The notes below the pieces were generated by a model, which did not search any database, was not told the DNA's origin, and was given only the letters and a program-made list of their open reading frames with translations. The translations under genes were made by a program, and so were the position numbers. 64,000 bases of DNA, taken from the NCBI GenBank assembly GCA_017410065.1, contig JAFQRL010000032.1, positions 1,027 through 65,026 on the forward strand, given 5' to 3'. The stretch's first letter is position 1. Each line of letters starts with the position of its first letter. Source of the DNA: Clostridia bacterium (lineage in GTDB: Bacteria > Bacillota > Clostridia > Oscillospirales > CAG-272). Below are positions 36,211-44,769 of this stretch, one piece after another.

Positions 36211-36457
36211 TTTTCGAGGGATTTTTGGATGAGGAGCTTTGATTAACGACCGACAGGCAGTATATAACAGCATAAATGCTGTGCGTATATTGCTCGGCGG
36301 CGTAAGGGGTTGCCGCCGTTTGCTCCGCAAACCGCAATAGTACGCAATACGTCGAGGTCGTTAAACGAAGCTAAGGAATACCGCTCTGAAAATTCACAGC
36401 CTACGAAAACTTATTTCGGGAATAACATTCCTGTCCTCGCCAAAAAGCACCGAAAAA
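36211..36457 (+). repeat. Structured intergenic element, copy B (interrupted by a 77-bp repeat)
   Basis: Same order of helices as copies A and C. The apical part of the second helix is split by the insertion 36261-36337. Ends 4 nt before the rhaD stop codon. Confidence 0.8.
36261..36337. repeat. 77-bp hairpin-rich repeat, copy 2 (nested inside element copy B)
   Basis: Near-identical to 36101-36177. Flanked by agta..agta. Confidence 0.85.
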
Positions 36458-36461
36458 TCAC

Positions 36462-37274
36462 CTAGTCCAGATATTCCTTGCGATAATCCAGCCCAAATAC
36501 TCCCGCCAGCTCCTTAAGCTGCTCGTCGGTGATGCCGTTCTTGATGCCTGCGTTTACGGAAAGCATATAGAGCTGTGCCGCCTTCTCAACGGTCTCGATA
36601 AGACCGAACGCCTCGTCAAGGTCCTTACCAACGCCGTAGATGCCGTGAGCCGCCCAAAGGCAAATCCTCTCCTTCTTAAGCTTCTCTGCGGTAGCCTCGC
36701 CGATCTCGTTGGTGCCGCAAGCCATCCAAGGAAGAACTGCAACGCCCTCGGGGAAAACGACGATGGACTCGGTCTGCATCTGCCAGAGAGTTCTGGTAAT
36801 AGCTCTCTCGGAAAGATCGTGAATAAGAGTCATCGCGATAGTGTTGGTGGGGTGAGTGTGCATAACGACTCTGTGACTCGGGTCGATAGCAAGTCTTGTG
36901 ATGTGAGAAAGAAGGTGCGCGGGAAGCTCGGAGGTGGGTCTGCCGCCGTCGGTGTAGCCCCAAAGAAGCTTTGCGGTCCTGCCGTCCTCGCCGATCTTGA
37001 TGATACCGAGGTTGTGGGCGGGATCATACTGCACGTTCTTGAAATACTTGCCCGTTCCCGTTACAAGGAAGATCTTTCCAACGATCGCAGATGCGTCGAA
37101 GGTCATAGGAATGTCGCGGATAACACAGCTTGTGTCAAGATACTGCGAAACCTCCTCCTCGTCAAGAAGAACGGAAAGGTTGCCGCCGTTTCTCTCGTCC
37201 CAACCGAGTCTGTAAAGGTTGGTGAGCGTTCTCACCGTCTCCACCATAAAAGGTGCTTCAAGAATATTTTTCAT
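36462..37274 (-). CDS. rhaD: L-rhamnulose-1-phosphate aldolase
   Basis: LGWDERNGGNLSV, TGTGKYFKNVQ and SELPAHLLSH are collinear with E. coli RhaD. Start at ATG 37274 (ggag RBS). Confidence 0.9.
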   Translation of the reverse strand: MKNILEAPFMVETVRTLTNLYRLGWDERNGGNLSVLLDEEEVSQYLDTSCVIRDIPMTFDASAIVGKIFLVTGTGKYFKNVQYDPAHNLGIIKIGEDGRTAKLLWGYTDGGRPTSELPAHLLSHITRLAIDPSHRVVMHTHPTNTIAMTLIHDLSERAITRTLWQMQTESIVVFPEGVAVLPWMACGTNEIGEATAEKLKKERICLWAAHGIYGVGKDLDEAFGLIETVEKAAQLYMLSVNAGIKNGITDEQLKELAGVFGLDYRKEYLD

Positions 37275-37316
37275 AATATACTCCATTCCGCCATATAGGC
37301 TTTAAATTATTTCTTT

Positions 37317-39368
37317 TTATTTTATTCTTCTCAACATTTGCGCGGGGCTCTTTCCCGTGGGCAGGGTTACCTTTCCGCCCTCGGTGATATACCGCTCGCC
37401 GCTGAATATTTCCTCGTATTCGCCGTCCTCGGGAAGCGAAACAGCGGTGACACCGTCAGCTGTATTATAAACTCCTATAAGCGCATCGTTTACGTAAACA
37501 GGCACACCGCCCTCGGCGTAAATATGCACTCCCGCGAGCCTTGCTATCTCCCGCAGCACGTCGGCGTGAATATGACCAAGCGAGCTATAATAAACCGTGT
37601 GATCCCCACGGTCAACCGACCCGAGCGAGCATTGCCCCGATTGCTTGAATTCGCCAAGGCGCAAGACACTCTCATCGTCAATAAAGAAGGTGGGTGACTT
37701 CGCCTCGCCATATCCGTACTCGGTGCCGAAGCCCATCGACCGTGCATCGTCAACCTCAAGCCGCAAAAGCCTCATCCCGAGAAGCTTCTCGACTCTTGCA
37801 AGCGAAACTCCCCTATCGGATATATAATCGGGAGCACCAACAAAAAGCGTTGATCTGCCGCCCGACATAACGCGCTCCTTAATAATGCGCCTTTGCTCAT
37901 CGGTAAGGCTGTATGCATTCAGGAAAATGAAGAGCTTGTATTTTTCTATATCGATAGAAGGAAGATCACTCATCGAATAAAGATCGTATGGCGCGCCGAG
38001 CCTTCCAAGCCCCTCGCGTTGCTCGGTGATAAGCTCGTCGTTCATTCCCGAGCATTTATTCACGTAGTATAGCGATTCGCAATCGGCAAGCACGCATATC
38101 TCCGAGGCGGAATTCATCTCAAGGCTATCAAGCCTCTCCGAAAGCAGCCTCAGCCTCCGCACCTCGTCCATCAATCTCTCGTCGTAATACCAGCCCTCAA
38201 GCATATCAAACCACCAGGTGCCGCACCGCTTTGCAAGCCTGAGCATCATCTCGCGGCGCATACCCTGAACGGTCTTTTCGTACGTCTGGAGCGTATCAAG
38301 CCGCTTGAATTTATGTATCAGCTGATAAAGAGCATCCATTGTGCTCTCGTCTCCGCATATTCTGCGAGTGTTGCTCTCCAGAGTGGGAACGGTGCATGTG
38401 AGATTATCAAAGGATGCAAAGTAGACCTTCCCCGAAAGCTCAAGAGAATCGTCCAGCGTCATATGCGCGCCGAAATCCTCGTATTGCCTGAAGCGATATG
38501 AGGAGGGCGTGGCAATAAGATCTATATCGGGAGAGCCGTTCACTCTGTCAAGATCAAGATGCCCCGCATTCCACATTCTCTCCCCCGAAAGCTCCATTAT
38601 ATAGCCGAAGAAAACGCCGAGAAGCTTATTGTGGCAAAGCACCTCTTGCGCCTCGCGGCAGAAATAAAGCACAGTGTCCGATATGAGCCTTGCGTGAAAA
38701 CGCCTGTACTCAATAACGTCTCTATCCTCAGTGGGATCAAGAAAGATCTCCCGAGACGGACGGATCAGCCGCTTCCCCGTGGGTATCTCGGCTTTTTGGT
38801 CTTCGGTATATCGGCGGTAAGCCGCAAGCTTTGTGGGATGGCTCGCCTCATAATCAAAATCGCTGAACCATTCGTTTGTGTGCCCTCCAACGAGATAATA
38901 GCCGAGTATCCTATCACCCCACCTATCCTCCGCGTGGCGAAGCAGAGCCTTAAGAAACTCTGCCGTATCACGCCTGTAATCCTCATCGGCGGCAACCTGC
39001 GAAAGATGGGTGAAGGAGCTTGGAAGCCCCTCGTGCTCGCGAAGCCACCAATCCCTCGTGTCAAGCTGAATATTCACGAAAACGTAGCCCTCGGGAGCAT
39101 TTTTCTCGAAGAACTCCATTTGTCTGTCGAAGACCTCAAAGCGATACTCCCCATCTCCGACCCACGGCTCGCCGTAGAGCGAATAGAGCATATTTATGCC
39201 CGAGCGCATACCCGAGCAATATACGTGAAATATTCGGACGCCCGCGGCATAAAAATCTCCGACGTTATTTTCCGTCGGACGGAAGGATTTGAAGGCAAGC
39301 GAATCCACCGTCTTGCCGTCAACGGAAATTTTATTCCGTCCACCGTCTCTCACAATTTTCACTATCAT
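37317..39368 (-). CDS. Uncharacterised glycoside-hydrolase-like protein inside the rha operon
   Basis: 683 aa. GGHTNEW (a clan GH-A-like NE acid/base motif) and a GH42-like overall layout. The start is uncertain (ATG 39368 with a weak RBS, or TTG 39401). Confidence 0.55.
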   Translation of the reverse strand: MIVKIVRDGGRNKISVDGKTVDSLAFKSFRPTENNVGDFYAAGVRIFHVYCSGMRSGINMLYSLYGEPWVGDGEYRFEVFDRQMEFFEKNAPEGYVFVNIQLDTRDWWLREHEGLPSSFTHLSQVAADEDYRRDTAEFLKALLRHAEDRWGDRILGYYLVGGHTNEWFSDFDYEASHPTKLAAYRRYTEDQKAEIPTGKRLIRPSREIFLDPTEDRDVIEYRRFHARLISDTVLYFCREAQEVLCHNKLLGVFFGYIMELSGERMWNAGHLDLDRVNGSPDIDLIATPSSYRFRQYEDFGAHMTLDDSLELSGKVYFASFDNLTCTVPTLESNTRRICGDESTMDALYQLIHKFKRLDTLQTYEKTVQGMRREMMLRLAKRCGTWWFDMLEGWYYDERLMDEVRRLRLLSERLDSLEMNSASEICVLADCESLYYVNKCSGMNDELITEQREGLGRLGAPYDLYSMSDLPSIDIEKYKLFIFLNAYSLTDEQRRIIKERVMSGGRSTLFVGAPDYISDRGVSLARVEKLLGMRLLRLEVDDARSMGFGTEYGYGEAKSPTFFIDDESVLRLGEFKQSGQCSLGSVDRGDHTVYYSSLGHIHADVLREIARLAGVHIYAEGGVPVYVNDALIGVYNTADGVTAVSLPEDGEYEEIFSGERYITEGGKVTLPTGKSPAQMLRRIK

Positions 39369-39396
39369 ACGAATAAAGCATCCTTTTTGCTTTATT

Positions 39397-39414
39397 TGCA
39401 AACATATATTTGCA
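39397..39414. promoter_or_regulatory. Operator-like palindrome TGCAAA-N6-TTTGCA (second copy)
   Basis: Lies in the rhaA-GH intercistronic spacer. The block 39395-39420 matches 32795-32820. Confidence 0.5.
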
Positions 39415-39431
39415 TTTTTAGCTAAAATCGG

Positions 39432-40676
39432 TTATCTTTTAAGCTGAACTTCAGCCTCGTATTTTCTCATTTCCTCTATCCATTCAGCACCCAGAGGAGC
39501 ACCGCACACCTCAAGATATCTATCCCACACAGCGCCGAAGGGCATAGTTTTAAGCTCCTCGGTAAGGGCGAACATAGAGGTGAAATCAGCCTTGTTCTGG
39601 TAGTCCGCAAGGAGTGCGTGAGGTGTGAGGAGTGCCGAAAGGAGAGCCTTTTGCACGTTTCTCATACCGATCACCCAAGCGGCGAGACGGTTGATGGAAG
39701 CATCAAAATAATCAAGAGCGATAAACACTCTGTCAAGAGCACCGCAACGAACTATCTCCTTTGCGATCTCCTTCGTTTCATCGTCGAATGCAACGACGTG
39801 GTCGGAATCCCATCTCACGCCCCTTGTTATATGAAGGGCGATCTTCTCATTGAAGGCGAGAAGCGCGGGGATCTTATCCGAGACCACCTCGGTGGGATGA
39901 TAATGTCCGTTGTCCATAAGAGGGGTTATACCCTTCCTTGTGGAATAGGAAAGGCAGAACTCGGCAGAGCCAACGGTGTAGGACTCAAGCCCGATGCCGA
40001 AGACCTTGGATTCAAGCGTGATATAAACGAGGCTCTTGTCATAGGGCTCGGAGAGCATCTCGTCAAGGGACTCCTTGAAGCGAAGCCTCGGGCTATATCT
40101 GTCCGCGGGGACCTCCTTATATCCGTCGGGGATCCATACGTTGACCACGCAGGGCACGCCTGTTTCCTTAGCGAAATATTCCGCAATTCGGATGCACGCC
40201 TTGCCGTGCCTTATCCAATAATCTCTCACGTCCTTATCGGGCGAGGAGAGAGTGAGATTATCCTTGACCATAGGATGGCTGAAGAAGGTGGGGTTAAAAT
40301 CAAGACCAACACCAAGCTCTCTCGCAAGCTCCACCCAGGGAGCAAAATGCTTTGGCTCAATAGCATCACGACCCACAGCCTCTCCCTCGGCAAAGATGGC
40401 GTAGCAGGCGTGAACATTTATCTTTTTAGTACCGGGGATAAGAGAAAACGCCTTTCTCATATCCGCCATAAGCTCCTCGGGGCTCGTCGCTCTGCCGGGA
40501 TAATTTCCCGTGGTCTGAATTCCGCCCGAAAGTGCCTCCTTGCTATCAAAGCCCATAACGTCGTCGCCCTGCCAGCAATGCATTGCCACAGGCACACTGC
40601 GAAGTCTCTCTATCGCCGCATCGGTGTCTATGCCGTACTTTGCATATTCCACCCTCGCAAGCTCGTATGCGTTCAT
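39432..40676 (-). CDS. rhaA: L-rhamnose isomerase
   Basis: MHCWQGDDV, GGIQTTGNYPG and RWDSDHVV are collinear with E. coli RhaA. Start at ATG 40676 (aaaggaag RBS), not the upstream Met. Confidence 0.92.
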   Translation of the reverse strand: MNAYELARVEYAKYGIDTDAAIERLRSVPVAMHCWQGDDVMGFDSKEALSGGIQTTGNYPGRATSPEELMADMRKAFSLIPGTKKINVHACYAIFAEGEAVGRDAIEPKHFAPWVELARELGVGLDFNPTFFSHPMVKDNLTLSSPDKDVRDYWIRHGKACIRIAEYFAKETGVPCVVNVWIPDGYKEVPADRYSPRLRFKESLDEMLSEPYDKSLVYITLESKVFGIGLESYTVGSAEFCLSYSTRKGITPLMDNGHYHPTEVVSDKIPALLAFNEKIALHITRGVRWDSDHVVAFDDETKEIAKEIVRCGALDRVFIALDYFDASINRLAAWVIGMRNVQKALLSALLTPHALLADYQNKADFTSMFALTEELKTMPFGAVWDRYLEVCGAPLGAEWIEEMRKYEAEVQLKR

Positions 40677-40702
40677 ATTCTTTCTTCCTTTCAAAATCAA
40701 AT

Positions 40703-40834
40703 CAGCCGCAGGCTGCATGTAATCCGCGAAGCGGTATATCATCACGGCACAGCCGTGTATATCATCAGCCCTTCGGGCTGTATATCATCAACACGCAAGT
40801 GTTGCATATCATCCGCCATCGGCGGTATATCATC
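40703..40834 (-). repeat. Array of 6 GC mini-hairpins separated by (G)TATATCATC
   Basis: Hairpins CAGCCgcaGGCTG, CCGCgaaGCGG, ACGGCacaGCCGT, AGCCCttcGGGCT, AACACgcaaGTGTT and CGCCatcGGCG. Five spacers match gtatatcatc, with a 21-24 bp period. Confidence 0.9.
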
Positions 40835-42197
40835 AGCTCCACCCCGGAGCGACCTCGTCCGTCTCGTCCGCCCTCTCGTCAAGCTCGCCGCAACACTTCA
40901 TCTGCACCATAAGATTGCCGATAGCCGTTGCCTCAATAGGCATTGCCACAACTCGCCTGCCTGTGTACCTTGCAGTCAGATCGTTGAGATAACCGTTCTT
41001 CGCGCCGCCGCCAACTATGTATATCTCGGAGTATTCCTTTTTTACGTTTTCCTCAAGATCGCGGATCGCATCCTCATAGCAGGATGCAAGGCTGTGGTAA
41101 GCGCTATTGAAATAGTCCGCCGCGCACTTGGGAGTTGCCTTGCCGTGAGCGGCAAGATATTCGCTGATAGCAGCCTTCATTGATTCGGGAGCCATAAAGG
41201 CGGGGTCGTTAACGTCAAAGAGCTCGTTGAAGCTGCTTTTTCTTGCCATCTCGGCGATCTCGCCGTAGCCCGTCTCGGGGCAAAGCTCGGACCTCAAAGA
41301 TTGAATTATCCACATTCCCGTGATATTCTTAAGGTAGGTGAAATAGCCAACACCGCCCTCGTTTGAGTAGCCCGAAAGTCGGCTTCGCTCATCGGTGAGA
41401 GCCTCGTCAAGCTTAACTCCCAGCAAGGACCAGGTTCCCGACGAAATATACGGAGCATCCGACTCCATCTCAATTGCCTCGACCGCGCTTGCGGTGTCGT
41501 GAGTGGCACAAAGCACAACGTCAAGGTCGCCTCCGACCTCGCGCGCTACCTCCGCAGAAAGCCTTCCAACCAACTCGCCGGGCATATAAATGGGTGCGAT
41601 AAGCGACCTCGGGAAACCAAGCCTCTCGAAAAGCCCCTCGTCAAGCTGAAGGGTGTTCACGTTCACAAGCGCGCAGGTGGATGCGTTGGTGAATTCCTTC
41701 TTTTTCACGCCTGTGAGCTTATACATAAGATATTCGGGTATCATAAGAAAATCGGTCGCGCCGTCAAGTCTGCCACAAAGCTTATCCGCATAAAGCTGAT
41801 ATACCGTGTTGAAGCTCTGGAACTGTGTTCCCGTTATAGAGAAAAGCTCCGCAGGGGGAACGATCTCGTGAACGAGCCTGATGGGCTCCTCGGTCCTTGA
41901 ATCTCTGTATGCATAGGTGGGAAGGATCTCCTCCTCGCCGCGCATAAGAACGTAGTCAACGCCCCAGGTGTCGATAGAAAGGCTCTCGATTTTCGGATAT
42001 TCGGCAAACGCCTTGGCAATTCCCGCCTTGACCTCGGAGAAAAGCCTCTCGGTGTTCCACACAAGATGACCCTCCACCGTGTCCATTCCGTTTGCAAAAC
42101 GGTAGACCTCGCGAGTGCAGATCTCGCCGTCCTCCACCCAGCCAACAATGTGGCGTCCGCTTGATGCTCCAATGTCGATCGCAAGATAGTATTTCAT
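40833..42197 (-). CDS. rhaB: Rhamnulokinase
   Basis: FGGY-kinase N-terminus YLAIDIGASSGR plus RhaB-like length and context. ggagg RBS. Confidence 0.88.
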   Translation of the reverse strand: MKYYLAIDIGASSGRHIVGWVEDGEICTREVYRFANGMDTVEGHLVWNTERLFSEVKAGIAKAFAEYPKIESLSIDTWGVDYVLMRGEEEILPTYAYRDSRTEEPIRLVHEIVPPAELFSITGTQFQSFNTVYQLYADKLCGRLDGATDFLMIPEYLMYKLTGVKKKEFTNASTCALVNVNTLQLDEGLFERLGFPRSLIAPIYMPGELVGRLSAEVAREVGGDLDVVLCATHDTASAVEAIEMESDAPYISSGTWSLLGVKLDEALTDERSRLSGYSNEGGVGYFTYLKNITGMWIIQSLRSELCPETGYGEIAEMARKSSFNELFDVNDPAFMAPESMKAAISEYLAAHGKATPKCAADYFNSAYHSLASCYEDAIRDLEENVKKEYSEIYIVGGGAKNGYLNDLTARYTGRRVVAMPIEATAIGNLMVQMKCCGELDERADETDEVAPGWS

Positions 42198-42311
42198 AAA
42201 AGTCCTCCAAAAATATTTGAAGCTAATATACTAACTATATAATAACATATTACTTTGCCTTTTACAAGACTTAAAATTATTATAAAAACTGTCCAAATTT
42301 AATCTTTTCTC

Positions 42312-42340
42312 TTGAAATGTGCCGCATTTTATGATAAAAT
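42312..42340 (+). promoter_or_regulatory. Sigma-A promoter for the AraC regulator (TTGAAA-17-TGaTAAAAT)
   Basis: TTGAAA 42312-42317, 17-nt spacer, tatgaTAAAAT 42335-42340. Confidence 0.65.
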
Positions 42341-42379
42341 AGGTATAGATTACCAAAGAAACATAGAAGGAAAAAGAAA

Positions 42380-43339
42380 ATGGAGAAAAGCTTACTCTCA
42401 CGGCTCAACCTCTTAAACGAGGAGGAGACCCTCTTTTTGCAAAACCTTGAAGCCGACGTGATCCGCAATTCGCAAAACCCGAATTTCACCATAGCGGGCG
42501 CAAGAGTCCATAAGGGCAGAAGCGACATCACCCTCCACATTCATTCGCGCTACGAGCCCTTCCCTCTCCATAAGCACGACTTCATTGAGATAATGACTGT
42601 CGTTTCGGGAAATATCACCCACCACATAGACGACGCCACCATCCCCCTCTGCGACGGCGATATCCTGATTATGAATAAGCATATCTCTCATTCAATAGAC
42701 AAAACGAGCGAGGATGATATAGGAATAAACTTCATAATTTCGGACACCTTCCTCGGCCACGTTGCCCCCGACCTTCAGGACACCGTCTTTTCCGAATTCA
42801 TTAAGGAAAACTCCAAGGAGCGAGGTGAGCCGATTTACCTTTGGTTCAGAACAAAGGAAAACAAGCAGATAGGAAACCTGCTTGAAAACCTTGTTTACGA
42901 GCTGATAGGAGATCACCCCGACCACCCCGTTGTGGCAAATACCCTCTCGCTTCTTCTCCGCTATCTTTCCCTCGGCAGAGACGACCTTCTCAAAAGCTCC
43001 ACCCTCTATAAAACCGCCACCCGAAAAAGAGAGATCGCCGAATATATCAGCAGCAACTACCGCGCCGCAAGCCTCTCCGAGCTCTCCGAGCGCACATACC
43101 TCTCCGAGCCCTATCTCTCCAAGATCATACGCACCCTTTTCGGTAAATGCTTCAAGGAGCTGGTCGTAGACGAGCGTATGCACCGCGCCTGCCTCCTCCT
43201 CACAAAAACCGATATGCCCGTCAGCGTTATCATCCGCAGCGTCGGCTACGAAAACGAATCCTACTTCCACCGCGAATTCCGCCGCCGCTACGGCTCCTCG
43301 CCCCTCTCAATGCGCAAATCCTCAAAAGCCAAAGTATAG
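42380..43339 (+). CDS. AraC-family regulator, divergent from the rha operon (RhaR/RhaS-like role inferred)
   Basis: Cupin N-terminus (HKHDFIEI) and C-terminal AraC HTH (YLSEPYLSKIIRTLFGKCFKE..). The role is inferred from the divergent position. Confidence 0.8.
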   Translation: MEKSLLSRLNLLNEEETLFLQNLEADVIRNSQNPNFTIAGARVHKGRSDITLHIHSRYEPFPLHKHDFIEIMTVVSGNITHHIDDATIPLCDGDILIMNKHISHSIDKTSEDDIGINFIISDTFLGHVAPDLQDTVFSEFIKENSKERGEPIYLWFRTKENKQIGNLLENLVYELIGDHPDHPVVANTLSLLLRYLSLGRDDLLKSSTLYKTATRKREIAEYISSNYRAASLSELSERTYLSEPYLSKIIRTLFGKCFKELVVDERMHRACLLLTKTDMPVSVIIRSVGYENESYFHREFRRRYGSSPLSMRKSSKAKV

Positions 43340-43466
43340 TAAAAATCCATAGCATACCAAAAATTCATATCATACCAAAATCCAAATCACACACAAGGCA
43401 AGAATGCCCGCCCCAAAATCGCAAAACGCCCGCGTTTTGTAAACAACAATTAACAAAACATAACAA

Positions 43467-43516
43467 AAAGGCTCGCCGAGATATCAAAGCGATATCAAAG
43501 CAAGCCTTTGTTTTTT
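43467..43516. terminator. Bidirectional rho-independent terminator (copy of 36044-36093)
   Basis: AAAGGCTCGC..GCAAGCCTTT followed by GTTTTTT. One C/A mismatch on the + strand becomes a G-U pair on the - strand. Confidence 0.7.
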
Positions 43517-43601
43517 ATGTTTTTCAAGCACCGAAAAGCTTTAATTTCTTCCGAATTCGGAGCAAAAATCGCCGAATTTCCTTAACCAACTCTCTCCCCG
43601 A

Positions 43602-43767
43602 TTTTCGAGGGATTTTTGGATGAGAAGCTTTGATTGGCGACCGATAATCGTATACGAATACGATGAGGTCGTCAAACGAAGCTAGGGAAGATAGCATTGA
43701 GAAAACACAGCCTACGAAAACTCATTTCGGGTAAAACCTTCCCGGTCTCGCCAAAAAGCACCGAAAA
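43602..43767 (+). repeat. Structured intergenic element, copy C (uninterrupted reference copy)
   Basis: 166 nt. Nested helices TTTTCGAGG/TCTCG..AAAA, GGCGACC/GGTCGTC, ATCGTA/TACGAT, GGGAAG/CTTCCC and CGAAA/TTTCG. Ends at the base before the metA stop codon. Confidence 0.8.
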
Positions 43768-44709
43768 TCAATCGGTGGGTTCGGGGCGAAGCTCCGCTAT
43801 CTCACTAATCTCATACGGCGTCGCCTGATATACAAAGTAGTTCAGCCAGTTTGTGAAAAGCAGAGTTGCGTGTCCGCGCCACCTTATAAGGGGCTCCTTG
43901 GTGTCGTCGTCGTTCGGGAAATAATTTTCGGGGATCTTCGGGTTGATGCCCGCCTTTTTATCCCTTGTGTATTCCTTATTAAGAGTGTCCTTATCGTACT
44001 CCGAATGACCCGTGAGGAATATCTGTCTGCCGTGCTTTGTAGATATGGCGTAAACACCCGCCTTCTCGGAGGAGGATAGGATCCTTAACTCGGGCACAGC
44101 CTCAACGTCCTCGCGAAGGACCGTGGTGTATCTTGAATGGGGAACGTAGAAAATATCGTCGAAGCCGCGGAAAAGGATCGATCTCTTATAGTCCACGACG
44201 TGCTCGTAAACGCCCGAAAGCTTTTCATCCATCAGCACCTTATCAACGCCGAAGTGATAATAAAGCCCCGCCTGCGCGCCCCAGCAAATATGCAGAGTGC
44301 TCTGCACGTGAGACTTGGACCACTCCATTATCTCGCAAAGCTCCGCCCAATAGTCAACCTCCTCAAAAGCCATCTTCTCAACAGGCGCACCTGTGATGAT
44401 CATTCCGTCAAAGTATCTGTCCTTAATCTCGGCGAAGGTCTTATAGAAGGCGAGAAGATGCTCCTCGGAGGTGTTCTTGGATTTATGAGTCTCGGTGTGA
44501 ATAAGCTCGATCTCCACCTGCAAGGGCGTGTTACCGAGCAGGCGCGAAAGCTGTGTCTCGGTGTCCACCTTCGTGGGCATAAGATTAAGAATAAGTATCT
44601 TCAAGGGACGGATATCCTGAGTTATTGCTCGGGTCTCCGTCATAACGAAGATGTTTTCCTCCTCAAGTATTCTCACCGCAGGAAGCTCGTTTGGTATTTT
44701 GATCGGCAT
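43768..44709 (-). CDS. metA: Homoserine O-acyltransferase
   Basis: [41 protein letters not shown] is collinear with E. coli MetA. Confidence 0.92.
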   Translation of the reverse strand: MPIKIPNELPAVRILEEENIFVMTETRAITQDIRPLKILILNLMPTKVDTETQLSRLLGNTPLQVEIELIHTETHKSKNTSEEHLLAFYKTFAEIKDRYFDGMIITGAPVEKMAFEEVDYWAELCEIMEWSKSHVQSTLHICWGAQAGLYYHFGVDKVLMDEKLSGVYEHVVDYKRSILFRGFDDIFYVPHSRYTTVLREDVEAVPELRILSSSEKAGVYAISTKHGRQIFLTGHSEYDKDTLNKEYTRDKKAGINPKIPENYFPNDDDTKEPLIRWRGHATLLFTNWLNYFVYQATPYEISEIAELRPEPTD

Positions 44710-44769
44710 ATCATTGCCCTCCTTTTATTATTTAGAGAATAGCTCTCTTTGGCGGGCAATTTGCCCGCA

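Noticed and set aside
40703-40834. Possible mini-CRISPR array
   Set aside because: The conserved unit is only about 10 nt and the variable parts are 11-14-nt self-complementary hairpins. The 21-24 bp period is far below CRISPR dimensions, there are no cas genes, and the array lies inside an operon.
39618-41183. 521-aa ORF on the plus strand
   Set aside because: It runs antisense through rhaA, the hairpin array and the end of rhaB, all of which have strong homology-like motifs on the other strand.
43602-43767. Integron attC site interpretation of the stop-codon-adjacent structured element
   Set aside because: The adjacent genes are core metabolism (metA, rhaD, PFOR) in mixed orientation. There is no integrase and no R'/R'' GTTRRRY core sites. 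Primary sequence is conserved between copies, unlike attC sites.
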